From: Candidatus Margulisiibacteriota bacterium
Lineage (GTDB): Bacteria > Margulisbacteria > Termititenacia > CAZZFK01
NCBI GenBank assembly: GCA_042562495.1
Contig: JBHPMC010000002.1
Location: 12,425-76,424 of the forward strand
Direction: 5' to 3'
DNA: 64,000 nucleotides
Shown piece after piece: positions 39,115-46,514 of the stretch (position 1 is its first letter; each line of letters opens with the position of its first letter). A model generated the notes under the pieces. It was not told the DNA's origin. It ran no database searches and saw only the letters and a program-made list of their open reading frames with translations. The translations under genes were made by a program, and so were the position numbers.

Positions 39115-40348
39115 TCAAAAAAATACTTACAAAGTAATAGCCATAACCCTGATAATTTCTCTGGTCGTGGGATTGTTCGGCTTCTTTTTGGCTATGGGAG
39201 TGCTCAAGCTTTCCTTGGTCAAGATGCTTTTAAAGATCATGCCCCAGCATCAGCTGATCAGTCAGATGAATATCTTGATCATTGGTGTCGATGAGACAGG
39301 TGATTCTCAACGGGCGGATACTATTATTGTTGCTAATCTTAATCCGCACACCAGACATATCGGCTTGATATCGATCCCGAGGGATACCAGGGTCTATATA
39401 CCCGGGTTTGGAATGGATAAGATCAATCATTCTTATACTTATGGCGGGGTTGCTTTGGTCCAGCAGGCGGCGGCTTCTTTTTTAAAGATACCTATTCCTT
39501 ATTTTGTAGCGATCAATATGTCGGGAATGGATAAAGTGATCGATGAGATCGGCGGTGTCGAGATAGATGTAGAAAAACGGATGTATTATATCGATAGGGC
39601 CGGAGATCTTTATATAGATCTTTATCCGGGCAAACAAAAATTATCCGGGCGCAAGGCCATGGGCTATGTCCGGTTTCGGCATGATCCCAGCGGTGATATC
39701 GGCCGGGCCAAACGTCAGCAGAAGTTCTTAAAGGCCATGGGCCAAAGCATTTTAAAAGCAGGCTTGCTCACGAAGGCACCTTTCGTCATGAAGAGGCTGG
39801 GGGAGAATATGAAGACCAATCTTTCATCTCGCGAGATAGTTACTTTTGCGCTGAAAATGAAAGAGGGGTATCAGGAAGGCAAATTAGATATGGGGACAAT
39901 TCCGGGGCAAGCTAAGATCGTGGATGGTTTGAGCTATTGGATTCCGAATGCTGTAAAGACCGAAGCTATGGTCAATAGCATAATCAATGATTTTGAGTAT
40001 GTTTCACCTAAGGAGTTGGCCGGCAAGAAAAGCAGGCAGGTGGATGAGGCCAGGATCCCGCCCCAAAATTTAAAAGTTGAAGTATTGAATGGAACAGGGA
40101 TAACCGGGTTTGCTTTAAAGGGTGCCGGATATATCCGTCGACAGGGCTATGTGGTACCCTGGATCGGGGATGCCAAGAACAAGGATTATTCCGAGACCGT
40201 ATTGGTCAATTGGCGTGGTGCGAAAAAGATAGTTGAAGCGGAATATTTAGCAAAGAAGATAGGAGTGGCCACTCAGCGTATCGTAAATTATGATTATCCG
40301 GAAAAAGATATCGATTTTACTGTCGTTTTAGGTAAGAATTGGCGTTAA
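39107..40348 (+). CDS. LytR-CpsA-Psr (LCP) family protein with LytR_C-like C-terminus
   Basis: Start at ATG 39107 (MPDQKN...). TM anchor, ILIIGVDE..RADTIIVANL, SIPRDT and RFRHD..GDIGRAKRQQ. Confidence 0.8.
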   Translation: MPDQKNTYKVIAITLIISLVVGLFGFFLAMGVLKLSLVKMLLKIMPQHQLISQMNILIIGVDETGDSQRADTIIVANLNPHTRHIGLISIPRDTRVYIPGFGMDKINHSYTYGGVALVQQAAASFLKIPIPYFVAINMSGMDKVIDEIGGVEIDVEKRMYYIDRAGDLYIDLYPGKQKLSGRKAMGYVRFRHDPSGDIGRAKRQQKFLKAMGQSILKAGLLTKAPFVMKRLGENMKTNLSSREIVTFALKMKEGYQEGKLDMGTIPGQAKIVDGLSYWIPNAVKTEAMVNSIINDFEYVSPKELAGKKSRQVDEARIPPQNLKVEVLNGTGITGFALKGAGYIRRQGYVVPWIGDAKNKDYSETVLVNWRGAKKIVEAEYLAKKIGVATQRIVNYDYPEKDIDFTVVLGKNWR

Positions 40349-40360
40349 AATAAACTGATC

Positions 40361-40732
40361 ATGAAAAAACATACTGTAAAGAACAAACAAAATCCGGAAG
40401 ATAAAATGCTCAAAAAGATCTTAAAGGTCCTTGAAGATAAAAAGGCAGAGGATATTCAGATCTTTAAAGTGCAAGACCTGGTCAGTTATACGGATTATTT
40501 TGTTTTTTGTACCGGGACGAGCAATCCTCATTTAAAGGCCTTGCACGATTCTATTAAAAAAGACCTAAAAAAAGATAAGCATAAGATCCTCGGCAGCGGA
40601 GCTAAAGATAGCGGTTGGGTCGTGCTCGATTGCGGGATGGTCGTTGTCCATTGTTTAAACCAAAAGCAAAGAGACCGCTACAGGCTGGAAGAGCTCTGGC
40701 AGGATGCGGATATTGTCCACCACCACTATTAA
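40361..40732 (+). CDS. rsfS: Ribosome silencing factor RsfS (Iojap)
   Basis: 123 aa. DYFVFCTGTSNPHLKAL and WVVLDCGMVVVHC. Confidence 0.85.
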   Translation: MKKHTVKNKQNPEDKMLKKILKVLEDKKAEDIQIFKVQDLVSYTDYFVFCTGTSNPHLKALHDSIKKDLKKDKHKILGSGAKDSGWVVLDCGMVVVHCLNQKQRDRYRLEELWQDADIVHHHY

Positions 40733-40804
40733 ATAATCCTGATAATTAAAGGGAAAAGCAATCCAAGTAATTGGCGACGCATTGCGTGTAGTAAAAATTA
40801 ACTC

Positions 40805-40842
40805 TTGACATACATTAGGTTATAAAGTATACTAAGTATACT
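40805..40842 (+). promoter_or_regulatory. Sigma-70-type promoter with overlapping tandem palindromic operator
   Basis: TTGACA (40805-40810), a 17-nt spacer, then TATACT (40828-40833). Two copies of the 8-bp palindrome AGTATACT sit at 40826-40833 and 40835-40842. Confidence 0.55.
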
Positions 40843-40850
40843 TGATTGAT

Positions 40851-40933
40851 GGGGGGCGGATATCGAGATCTTAGGTAGGCGTGGGGACGCATATCGAAGG
40901 AAGCAGCAAAGCCGTGGGGGGCGCATAAGGATG
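40851..40933 (+). repeat. Three G-rich direct repeats at about 32-nt spacing in the leader of the RHH gene
   Basis: GGGGGGCGGATATCGAGA (40851), GGGGACGCATATCGAAGG (40883) and GGGGGGCGCATAAGGATG (40916). Confidence 0.5.
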
Positions 40934-40940
40934 ATGGGTC

Positions 40941-41111
40941 ATGAAGAAGCCTAGGGATGAGACTATTACATTTAAGGCTGATAGAAAGCTCAAGGATGAT
41001 CTGGAGGGATTCTGTAAGAATTCAGCCGGATTGATCGGGTTTGAGGTCACCGTATCTGCATTCTGCCGCCAGGCAGTCCAGGAAAAACTGCAAAAATTAA
41101 AAAAAACATAA
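40941..41111 (+). CDS. Ribbon-helix-helix (CopG/Arc-like) small DNA-binding protein, unannotated (56 aa)
   Basis: Below the ORF-track cutoff. My translation is MKKPRDETITFKADRKLKDDLEGFCKNSAGLIGFEVTVSAFCRQAVQEKLQKLKKT. The pattern is strand (ITFKAD), helix, helix. A palindromic operator lies at its promoter. Confidence 0.55.
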   Translation: MKKPRDETITFKADRKLKDDLEGFCKNSAGLIGFEVTVSAFCRQAVQEKLQKLKKT

Positions 41112-41249
41112 AAACCTCTGATTTTCCGGATAAAAAAGCACTATAACCACCATAAAAAAGAACATTTTCCAGGAAAGCTGTAAGCTCTAAATTTACACAG
41201 CTTCACAATATTTCGTTAAATCATAAAAAGACCGTTGATAAAAAGTAAT

Positions 41250-41276
41250 TGGGATATTTAATTTATGCTTACGATA
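41250..41276 (+). promoter_or_regulatory. Sigma-28-like promoter motif (weak upstream half TGGGAT)
   Basis: TGGGAT atttaatttatg CTTACGATA, 29 nt upstream of ATG 41306. Confidence 0.4.
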
Positions 41277-41305
41277 TCTGTTTGCAAAAAAGAAAGGAGA
41301 CATAT

Positions 41306-42124
41306 ATGCCGGTATTTATCAGCCCCAGTGCTTATTGTATGTACGGAAATTTTTATTTTAATTCAGGGATCGATTTTAATATGAACAAGGAAAATAATTG
41401 GGATAAAAAGCCGGGTTTAAAATTGTTTAACGTAAGCGTAGAATTTGAGACTGCATTTAAATCAGAGGCGATCGAGACTATCCAATATTATCTATTAAGA
41501 GCAAAAGATGAAAAAGAGGAGGAGTATTTATATAATAAAATAAAGAACTACCGCAGTTGGCGGTCATACTGGGATGGGAAAATCGAAGCTAATTTGGATG
41601 CAACTAGAATGGGTTTTCATGTTAAGTATGGTGTTTTGTGGCAGCCCAAAGGGAATATAAATATTTATGCGGCCACTGCTTATAAAAATGCTTCACAAAC
41701 ATTAGCAGAACATACACAACTTAAGTCCAATATTGGTTCATTGGATCTGGGGATAGCCTATATGTTTAAAACTGAAAAATTAAGGATCGTGCCTAAACTT
41801 AATTTATCTGGCGGATATTATATAAATAATATTGAAAATACAGATTATTTATATAAAGATGTCCCTTATGCAACTAAAGATTATGAAATGTCTTATAAGA
41901 ATAAACCGAAGTATTTTGCTGCACAGCTCGGGATAGAAATGAATTGGCAAATTACACCGAAAGTAGGTTTAGGTAGCGCAATAAATGTCTATTACAATAA
42001 AGTAGATCATGCCAGAGCGATCCCCAATGGAATAGAAGTAAAACGGAATTTAGATAATATTTCTATCGAGTTCGATATACTTAAGGTAGACCTGGCCATT
42101 ATTGGAGATTTTCTGCTCTTATAA
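41306..42124 (+). CDS. Hypothetical beta-rich protein (272 aa)
   Basis: Start at ATG 41306 with RBS AAGGAGA 41294-41300. The track's 41249 start would include the promoter motif. Alternating Tyr/Gly/Asn beta-strand-like pattern, with no clear signal peptide. Confidence 0.5.
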   Translation: MPVFISPSAYCMYGNFYFNSGIDFNMNKENNWDKKPGLKLFNVSVEFETAFKSEAIETIQYYLLRAKDEKEEEYLYNKIKNYRSWRSYWDGKIEANLDATRMGFHVKYGVLWQPKGNINIYAATAYKNASQTLAEHTQLKSNIGSLDLGIAYMFKTEKLRIVPKLNLSGGYYINNIENTDYLYKDVPYATKDYEMSYKNKPKYFAAQLGIEMNWQITPKVGLGSAINVYYNKVDHARAIPNGIEVKRNLDNISIEFDILKVDLAIIGDFLLL

Positions 42125-42183
42125 AAAAGAGAATTTTCATTATTTTCCATAGTTTCTATGAATCTCACGGGACGAGAAAGAAT

Positions 42184-42210
42184 TGAAATTTCCTGAAATT
42201 ACTTACGATA
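42184..42210 (+). promoter_or_regulatory. Sigma-28-like promoter motif
   Basis: tTGAAAT ttcctgaaatta CTTACGATA, 17 nt upstream of ATG 42228. Confidence 0.6.
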
Positions 42211-42227
42211 TATTATTAGAAGAAATC

Positions 42228-43247
42228 ATGACAACTGGGAAAGGATTTATTTTTATGAATACCAAGATTATCGCAAGAAATGCAGAAAAAAAAGATTTCA
42301 AATATAAATTATTAAAAATATTCAGCCCATCAAGTTTTGTCAAAAGTGTAAGTCCAAAGGATTCTATTAAATATCTTTTATCAATCCATATTAGTGACGC
42401 CAGAAAAGTCCTAGGAAAGATTGGAGAAGAAAAAACAGCTGCCATTTTGGCAAAAGCAGCACCGAAGGATGCTGCATCATTATTATATTCTCTTCTAGAA
42501 AACTGGGCTCAAAAAACCTTACCAAAGATAGAAATAAACCAGGCTTTTAAAATAATAGATCAAATGTGTAAACTAGACCGATCCGGCCAACAACTTAGTT
42601 ATACTAATACTAAGTATATCAACCGTACCGCTAAGATCTTGTCCGACATGCATGATGATTATAAAAACATAGCGACTGTAAAAGCCCTCCTCTCAAAGTT
42701 ATCTCTGGATAACAAAATGATAATATTTGAGGGGATTCTTTATACAGAGGATGCCGTTAAATTATTAAGACTATTAAGCCTAAAAGATACTTTGTTAATA
42801 TTAAGAAAAATGAGCGATTTCGATAAAGCCAAGAAGATCTTTCGTACCATAAATCCCGACAATGAAGAAGAGAGAAATATTTTTAAAACACTGCCAGCAA
42901 ATCCCCGCAATGAAGAAATTGCAAATATTTTTAATAAACTACCAGCAAAAGATCTGGATAAATACTTCGATTGGATGGCATATAGCGCAAAATTACCAAA
43001 AGAATATTTGGCAGATATCCTACGTATGATGAAGCCAACTAAAGCAGCTAAAGCATTGTCTAAAATGCTCCCTGCATTGGCTGCAGACATTCTTGCTCAA
43101 ACAACAGCGAAGGAATCTAAGTCTTTTTTCGCTAAAATGAAACCAGATAATGTAAAAGAAATTAAGCAATCTATTAGAATCCGGGGAACTGATTTATTTA
43201 AGCTCAAACGAGAAATTGTAAATTATGCACTTAACCGAAAAACTTAA
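42228..43247 (+). CDS. Hypothetical helical-repeat protein (MgtE_N/MotE-like repeats)
   Basis: Start at ATG 42228. Repeats of the type AAILAKAAPKDAASLL and AAKALSKMLPALAADILAQ resemble MgtE N-terminal/MotE/FliG-like helical repeats. Confidence 0.45.
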   Translation: MTTGKGFIFMNTKIIARNAEKKDFKYKLLKIFSPSSFVKSVSPKDSIKYLLSIHISDARKVLGKIGEEKTAAILAKAAPKDAASLLYSLLENWAQKTLPKIEINQAFKIIDQMCKLDRSGQQLSYTNTKYINRTAKILSDMHDDYKNIATVKALLSKLSLDNKMIIFEGILYTEDAVKLLRLLSLKDTLLILRKMSDFDKAKKIFRTINPDNEEERNIFKTLPANPRNEEIANIFNKLPAKDLDKYFDWMAYSAKLPKEYLADILRMMKPTKAAKALSKMLPALAADILAQTTAKESKSFFAKMKPDNVKEIKQSIRIRGTDLFKLKREIVNYALNRKT

Positions 43248-43368
43248 AGAAAAAACATCACATTGTATTAAAAGACAATCATGGGAAAATATTTTCTAAA
43301 AACAAAGTCTTGCCAGAGCGGATCTCTTCATACTATTTAATCATTCGGCACCGGTCGAAACTGAAAAA

Positions 43369-43384
43369 TGGTGGAGATGAGGGG
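43369..43384 (-). repeat. Copy (15/16) of the tRNA-Ala T-stem-3'half-to-CCA 16-mer, 108 bp downstream of the tRNA
   Basis: Minus strand CCCCTCATCTCCACCA here versus CCCATCATCTCCACCA in the tRNA (43477-43492). Confidence 0.8.
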
Positions 43385-43476
43385 CAATCGTGCAGGTTGC
43401 GCGCTGCATTTCGCCAGGCCGAAAGGTATTCGGCCGGCTCAAGATTTGAACCACTGGTAGTATTGAAGTTTTTCTC
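43385..43476 (-). repeat. Hairpin-rich cassette between tRNA-Ala and its 3'-end copy
   Basis: Hairpins TGCAG/CTGCA (43391-43408) and GGCCGAA/TTCGGCC (43417-43435), plus a T-loop-like GATTTGAAC. Architecture and the GCTGCATT 8-mer are shared with 61180-61276. Confidence 0.5.
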
Positions 43477-43553
43477 TGGTGGAGATGATGGGAGTTGAAC
43501 CCACGACCCCTTGCATGCCATGCAAGTGCTCTAGCCAGCTGAGCTACATCCCC
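43477..43553 (-). tRNA. tRNA-Ala (anticodon GGC), CCA encoded
   Basis: Hand-folded as GGGGATG TA GCTC AGCTGGCTA GAGC A CTTGC ATGGCAT GCAAG GGGTC GTGGG TTCAACT CCCAT CATCTCC ACCA. The G3:U70 alanine identity pair is present. Confidence 0.9.
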
Positions 43554-43623
43554 ATAGATTTTTAAAAGATCATGTAGAAATTTAACCTATCAGCTTCGCT
43601 GCAGTCCTGAGCGAAGTCGAAGG

Positions 43624-43636
43624 GCTACATCCCCAT
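43624..43636 (-). repeat. 13-nt copy of the tRNA-Ala 5' end (ATGGGGATGTAGC), 81 bp upstream of the tRNA
   Basis: Plus-strand gctacatccccat occurs at 43543-43555 (the tRNA 5' end) and again at 43624-43636. Confidence 0.8.
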
Positions 43637-43751
43637 CAAAGAATCAAAGAGCAGTTAGTATGCCTTATATAAATATTAGTTGTCAACTAAATAGCTAGAA
43701 ACTAAGGCAAATGCGTAAGCTGAAGCATAAAAGTGAAAATATATTACAATA

Positions 43752-44219
43752 TTAATTAATCTCAGGCGGAGTATCTTTAAAAGTATTAATCATGGAAAGT
43801 TGTTCTTTGCAATCTCTAAGCCAATCTATAGCATCAAAGAACGCACATCGATAATTAGTTGCCTTTTCAAAAGAATCTATCGCATTTTTACGATCCAGTA
43901 GATAGTAATAAGCTTTACCCAAATAAAAATAGGCTTCAGCAGTATCTATCGGTATACCAATATTATCAGTATTATTATTTTGATCATAATTAACGGAAGT
44001 TACAGATAAATATTTATTTAAATAGTGCACTGCCAATTCATATTCCTTATATTTAAGATAAAAACATCCTAGTATAAAGTTTGCTTCAGGAGAATTAGGA
44101 TATTGTTGTATAACTAATTTGCATTTCTCAAATAGTACATTATCCCGCCCGTTTTTAAGCAGAGTATTTGAATTTTTAAATATATCTTTTATTGGCGATA
44201 ATATTATTTTATTTAGCAT
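43752..44219 (-). CDS. TPR-repeat protein
   Basis: 155 aa. TPR-like repeats (EANFILGCFYLKYKEYELAVHYLNKYL; AEAYFYLGKAYYYLLDRKNAIDSFEKA). Confidence 0.6.
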   Translation of the reverse strand: MLNKIILSPIKDIFKNSNTLLKNGRDNVLFEKCKLVIQQYPNSPEANFILGCFYLKYKEYELAVHYLNKYLSVTSVNYDQNNNTDNIGIPIDTAEAYFYLGKAYYYLLDRKNAIDSFEKATNYRCAFFDAIDWLRDCKEQLSMINTFKDTPPEIN

Positions 44220-44236
44220 AAAATACGCTCAATATT

Positions 44237-44263
44237 TATCGTAATAAAAAATAATATATTTCA
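44237..44263 (-). promoter_or_regulatory. Sigma-28-like promoter motif
   Basis: Minus strand reads cTGAAAT atattatttttt ATTACGATA, 17 nt upstream of start 44219. Confidence 0.55.
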
Positions 44264-44346
44264 GATATTTATTATGACCTGGTTCATAAATGGGGCTTTA
44301 TTATCTTCCCGTGACGGTTCTTCTTATCTAAGCTACGATGTCCTCT

Positions 44347-45426
44347 ATGAAATTATATCTGCGAACCAAGCAATTCTGGCGCTCACTGCAGTATCTGGCC
44401 GCTATTATTTCCAAAAGAAAGATCTTTCCGTTCTGGGCCTATATTACCTTGACCCGCAAATGCAATCTTAATTGTCCTTACTGTTATGTACTTGATGATT
44501 CCGCTCCTGATCTGTCAATTGCGGATACCATTACTGCTGTTAATAAGCTGTATCAGCTCGGCACGCGCTGGATATCTTTTACCGGAGGGGAACCAACCTT
44601 AAAAAGAGCAGAACTTTTGGCAGGGATCCGCCAGGCCAGTTTAAAAAAAGGAATATTCACCCAGCTGGCAACTAACGGCACACTGCTCAACCAGGAATAT
44701 CTAGCAGCGCTGGGCCAAGCCGGGCTGGATCTCTTGGATATATCTTTGGATAGCTTAGCAAAACACAAAAGCCAAAAAGGGCTTCTGGATAAAAATGAGA
44801 AATTCAGTACAGAGATATTAGCAGCTCAAAAAAAATACGGATTCATTTTAAAATCTAATTTTGTACTCAATAAGGAAAATATCAATGAGGTGGAGGAGCT
44901 TCTGGAATTTTGCCATAAACACATGATACTGCTTTCATTGCGTATGGTTTTCCCTTCACCGGGTAAAAGCGCTGTCCACCGGCCCCAGGAATCAGGGTTT
45001 TTCACTAAAAATGATCTGCCAAAAATAAAAAAAGCTGTCGATCTGATCATTGAGAAAAAAAAGCAAGGCTATCTTTTAACCGAGCCGATCTCCTATTATT
45101 TACTCTGGAAAAAATACTTGGTTGAATCTGGGCAAGGGCGTGATCTTTGGGAATGTGAAGCTGGGGAACATTGTTTGGGAGTAGATACTGACGGTATGGT
45201 CCGTATTTGTAATTCTTTGCCTGCCGCCGAGGGCCGTACCGATCTCCATATCTCAAAACTCGATAAGAAATATTATAAGCTACTACAAGAGCAAGCTAAG
45301 GAAACCAAGAAATATTGCCAGAGCAAGTGTCTATCCGCAGCTTATTATTGTTCGCAATACTATCATCGCCATCCGTTTTCCTTTCTTAAGGATAATTTTT
45401 ACAAAAAACAATACTTCGGCAAATGA
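44347..45426 (+). CDS. Radical SAM protein with Cys-rich (SPASM/twitch-like) C-terminal region
   Basis: CNLNCPYCY cluster motif, ISFTGGEPTL, and C-terminal Cys residues (CEAGEHC...ICNS, CQSKC). The start may be ATG 44338 or 44347. Confidence 0.75.
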   Translation: MKLYLRTKQFWRSLQYLAAIISKRKIFPFWAYITLTRKCNLNCPYCYVLDDSAPDLSIADTITAVNKLYQLGTRWISFTGGEPTLKRAELLAGIRQASLKKGIFTQLATNGTLLNQEYLAALGQAGLDLLDISLDSLAKHKSQKGLLDKNEKFSTEILAAQKKYGFILKSNFVLNKENINEVEELLEFCHKHMILLSLRMVFPSPGKSAVHRPQESGFFTKNDLPKIKKAVDLIIEKKKQGYLLTEPISYYLLWKKYLVESGQGRDLWECEAGEHCLGVDTDGMVRICNSLPAAEGRTDLHISKLDKKYYKLLQEQAKETKKYCQSKCLSAAYYCSQYYHRHPFSFLKDNFYKKQYFGK

Positions 45427-45439
45427 TATAATCAATCCC

Positions 45440-46402
45440 ATGCAAGATACTTGGAAGATACTGGATCACGATACTATTCTGGATACGATCGAAAGTACGA
45501 TCGGTGAGAAGCTTACCAGCCTATTACTACAGCGCAACAGCTATATCAATCGTGTCTATGAATTGGAAAAGGCAGATACCAAAGCAAGGCTGATCGTAAA
45601 ATTCTACCGGCCTGGCCGCTGGACAAAAGAAATGATCCTGGAAGAACATCAATTCCTGGATAAATTAGCTGAAAAAGAATTGCCGGTTATTCCGCCTTTA
45701 AAATACAGTAACAATTCCCTGTTTTTTTTGAAAAACATCCCGTTTGCCATATTCCCCAAAAAAGGCGGCCGGGCTTTTGATGAATTTGATAAAGATAGCT
45801 GGCAAGAGATCGGCAGGCTCTTGGCTCGCTTACATATTGTCGGCGAAACGATCAAGGATCATAAAAGAATAATCTGGCGGCCGGACATTGCGACCAGGCA
45901 GCACCTGGATCTATTGCTAAATAAAGGACATGTCCCTGTTGAGTTCAAGGATAGCCTAAAAAAGATTGTTGACCTGTTTATCAATAAGGCTACGCCTTTG
46001 TTTGAGAAAGAAAAAATGTTCTTGATCCATGGTGATTGCCATAAAGGAAATCTGATCCATCGCCCGGGGGAGGGTGTTTTTATAGTCGATTTTGATGATA
46101 TCTCGGTCGGGCCTGCCGTGCAGGATCTTTGGATGCTATTGCCGGGAAGCCCGGAAGAATCAGAACTGGAGCTGGGCTGGTTTTTGGAGGGCTATCGAAC
46201 TTTCGGAGAGTTTGATCAAGGCTCTTTAAGCCTGGTCCCTGCACTTAAGATCATGAGGATCATTCACTATGCCGGCTGGTGTGCTATGCAAAGCAATGAT
46301 CCGGATTTTAAGCATCATTTCCCGGAATGGGGCACGACCAAGTATTGGAACGGATTGATCAGAGATGTGCAGGAGATAGTCTATTCTTCTGTTGCGCCAT
46401 AA
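45440..46402 (+). CDS. SrkA/YihE-like protein kinase (aminoglycoside phosphotransferase fold)
   Basis: 320 aa. NRVYEL, KFYRPGRW, HGDCHKGNLI and FIVDFDD. Confidence 0.65.
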   Translation: MQDTWKILDHDTILDTIESTIGEKLTSLLLQRNSYINRVYELEKADTKARLIVKFYRPGRWTKEMILEEHQFLDKLAEKELPVIPPLKYSNNSLFFLKNIPFAIFPKKGGRAFDEFDKDSWQEIGRLLARLHIVGETIKDHKRIIWRPDIATRQHLDLLLNKGHVPVEFKDSLKKIVDLFINKATPLFEKEKMFLIHGDCHKGNLIHRPGEGVFIVDFDDISVGPAVQDLWMLLPGSPEESELELGWFLEGYRTFGEFDQGSLSLVPALKIMRIIHYAGWCAMQSNDPDFKHHFPEWGTTKYWNGLIRDVQEIVYSSVAP

Positions 46403-46514
46403 AATATTACTTCACTTTTTCATTTTGATGTAGCTCTATCGACCCATAAGAAACAATGGGAAATCCATGAAATAGTAACGATATCTTTTTACTAAAATAA
46501 AATGGTTAATATAA

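Larger units (their letters stand above)
43369..43634 (-). other. Outer tmRNA-like/tRNA-Ala-like shell enclosing tRNA-Ala (nature unresolved)
   Basis: The 5' end GGGGATGTAGCCCTTCGAC (43634 downward) has a tmRNA-like GGGG...UUCGAC. The 3' end is ...CGATTGCCCCTCATCTCCACCA (43369). TTCGCTCAGG (5' part) is complementary to CCTGGCGAA (3' part). No T-arm and no convincing tag ORF were found. Confidence 0.25.

Noticed and set aside
40893-40904. A 12-mer, GAAGGAAGCAGC, nearly identical to the most conserved helix-8 segment of bacterial SRP (4.5S) RNA
   Set aside because: SRP RNA requires a long hairpin. Here the flanking sequences are G-rich direct repeats (GTGGGGACGC / GTGGGGGGCGC), not complementary strands, and the tetraloop would be a non-GNRA GAAG. 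I treat it as part of the G-rich repeat leader.
43310-43521. ORFs 43310-43498(+) and 43333-43521(-), 62 aa each
   Set aside because: They overlap the tRNA-Ala gene and its hairpin cassette, so the sequence is better explained as structured RNA or repeat.
43369-43634. Calling this interval a bona fide tmRNA (ssrA) gene
   Set aside because: Only the termini and a UUCGAC box look tmRNA-like. There is no T-arm 5' half, no pseudoknots and no plausible Ala-ending tag ORF, and a complete tRNA-Ala sits in the middle. It is kept as an open finding, not as an annotation.
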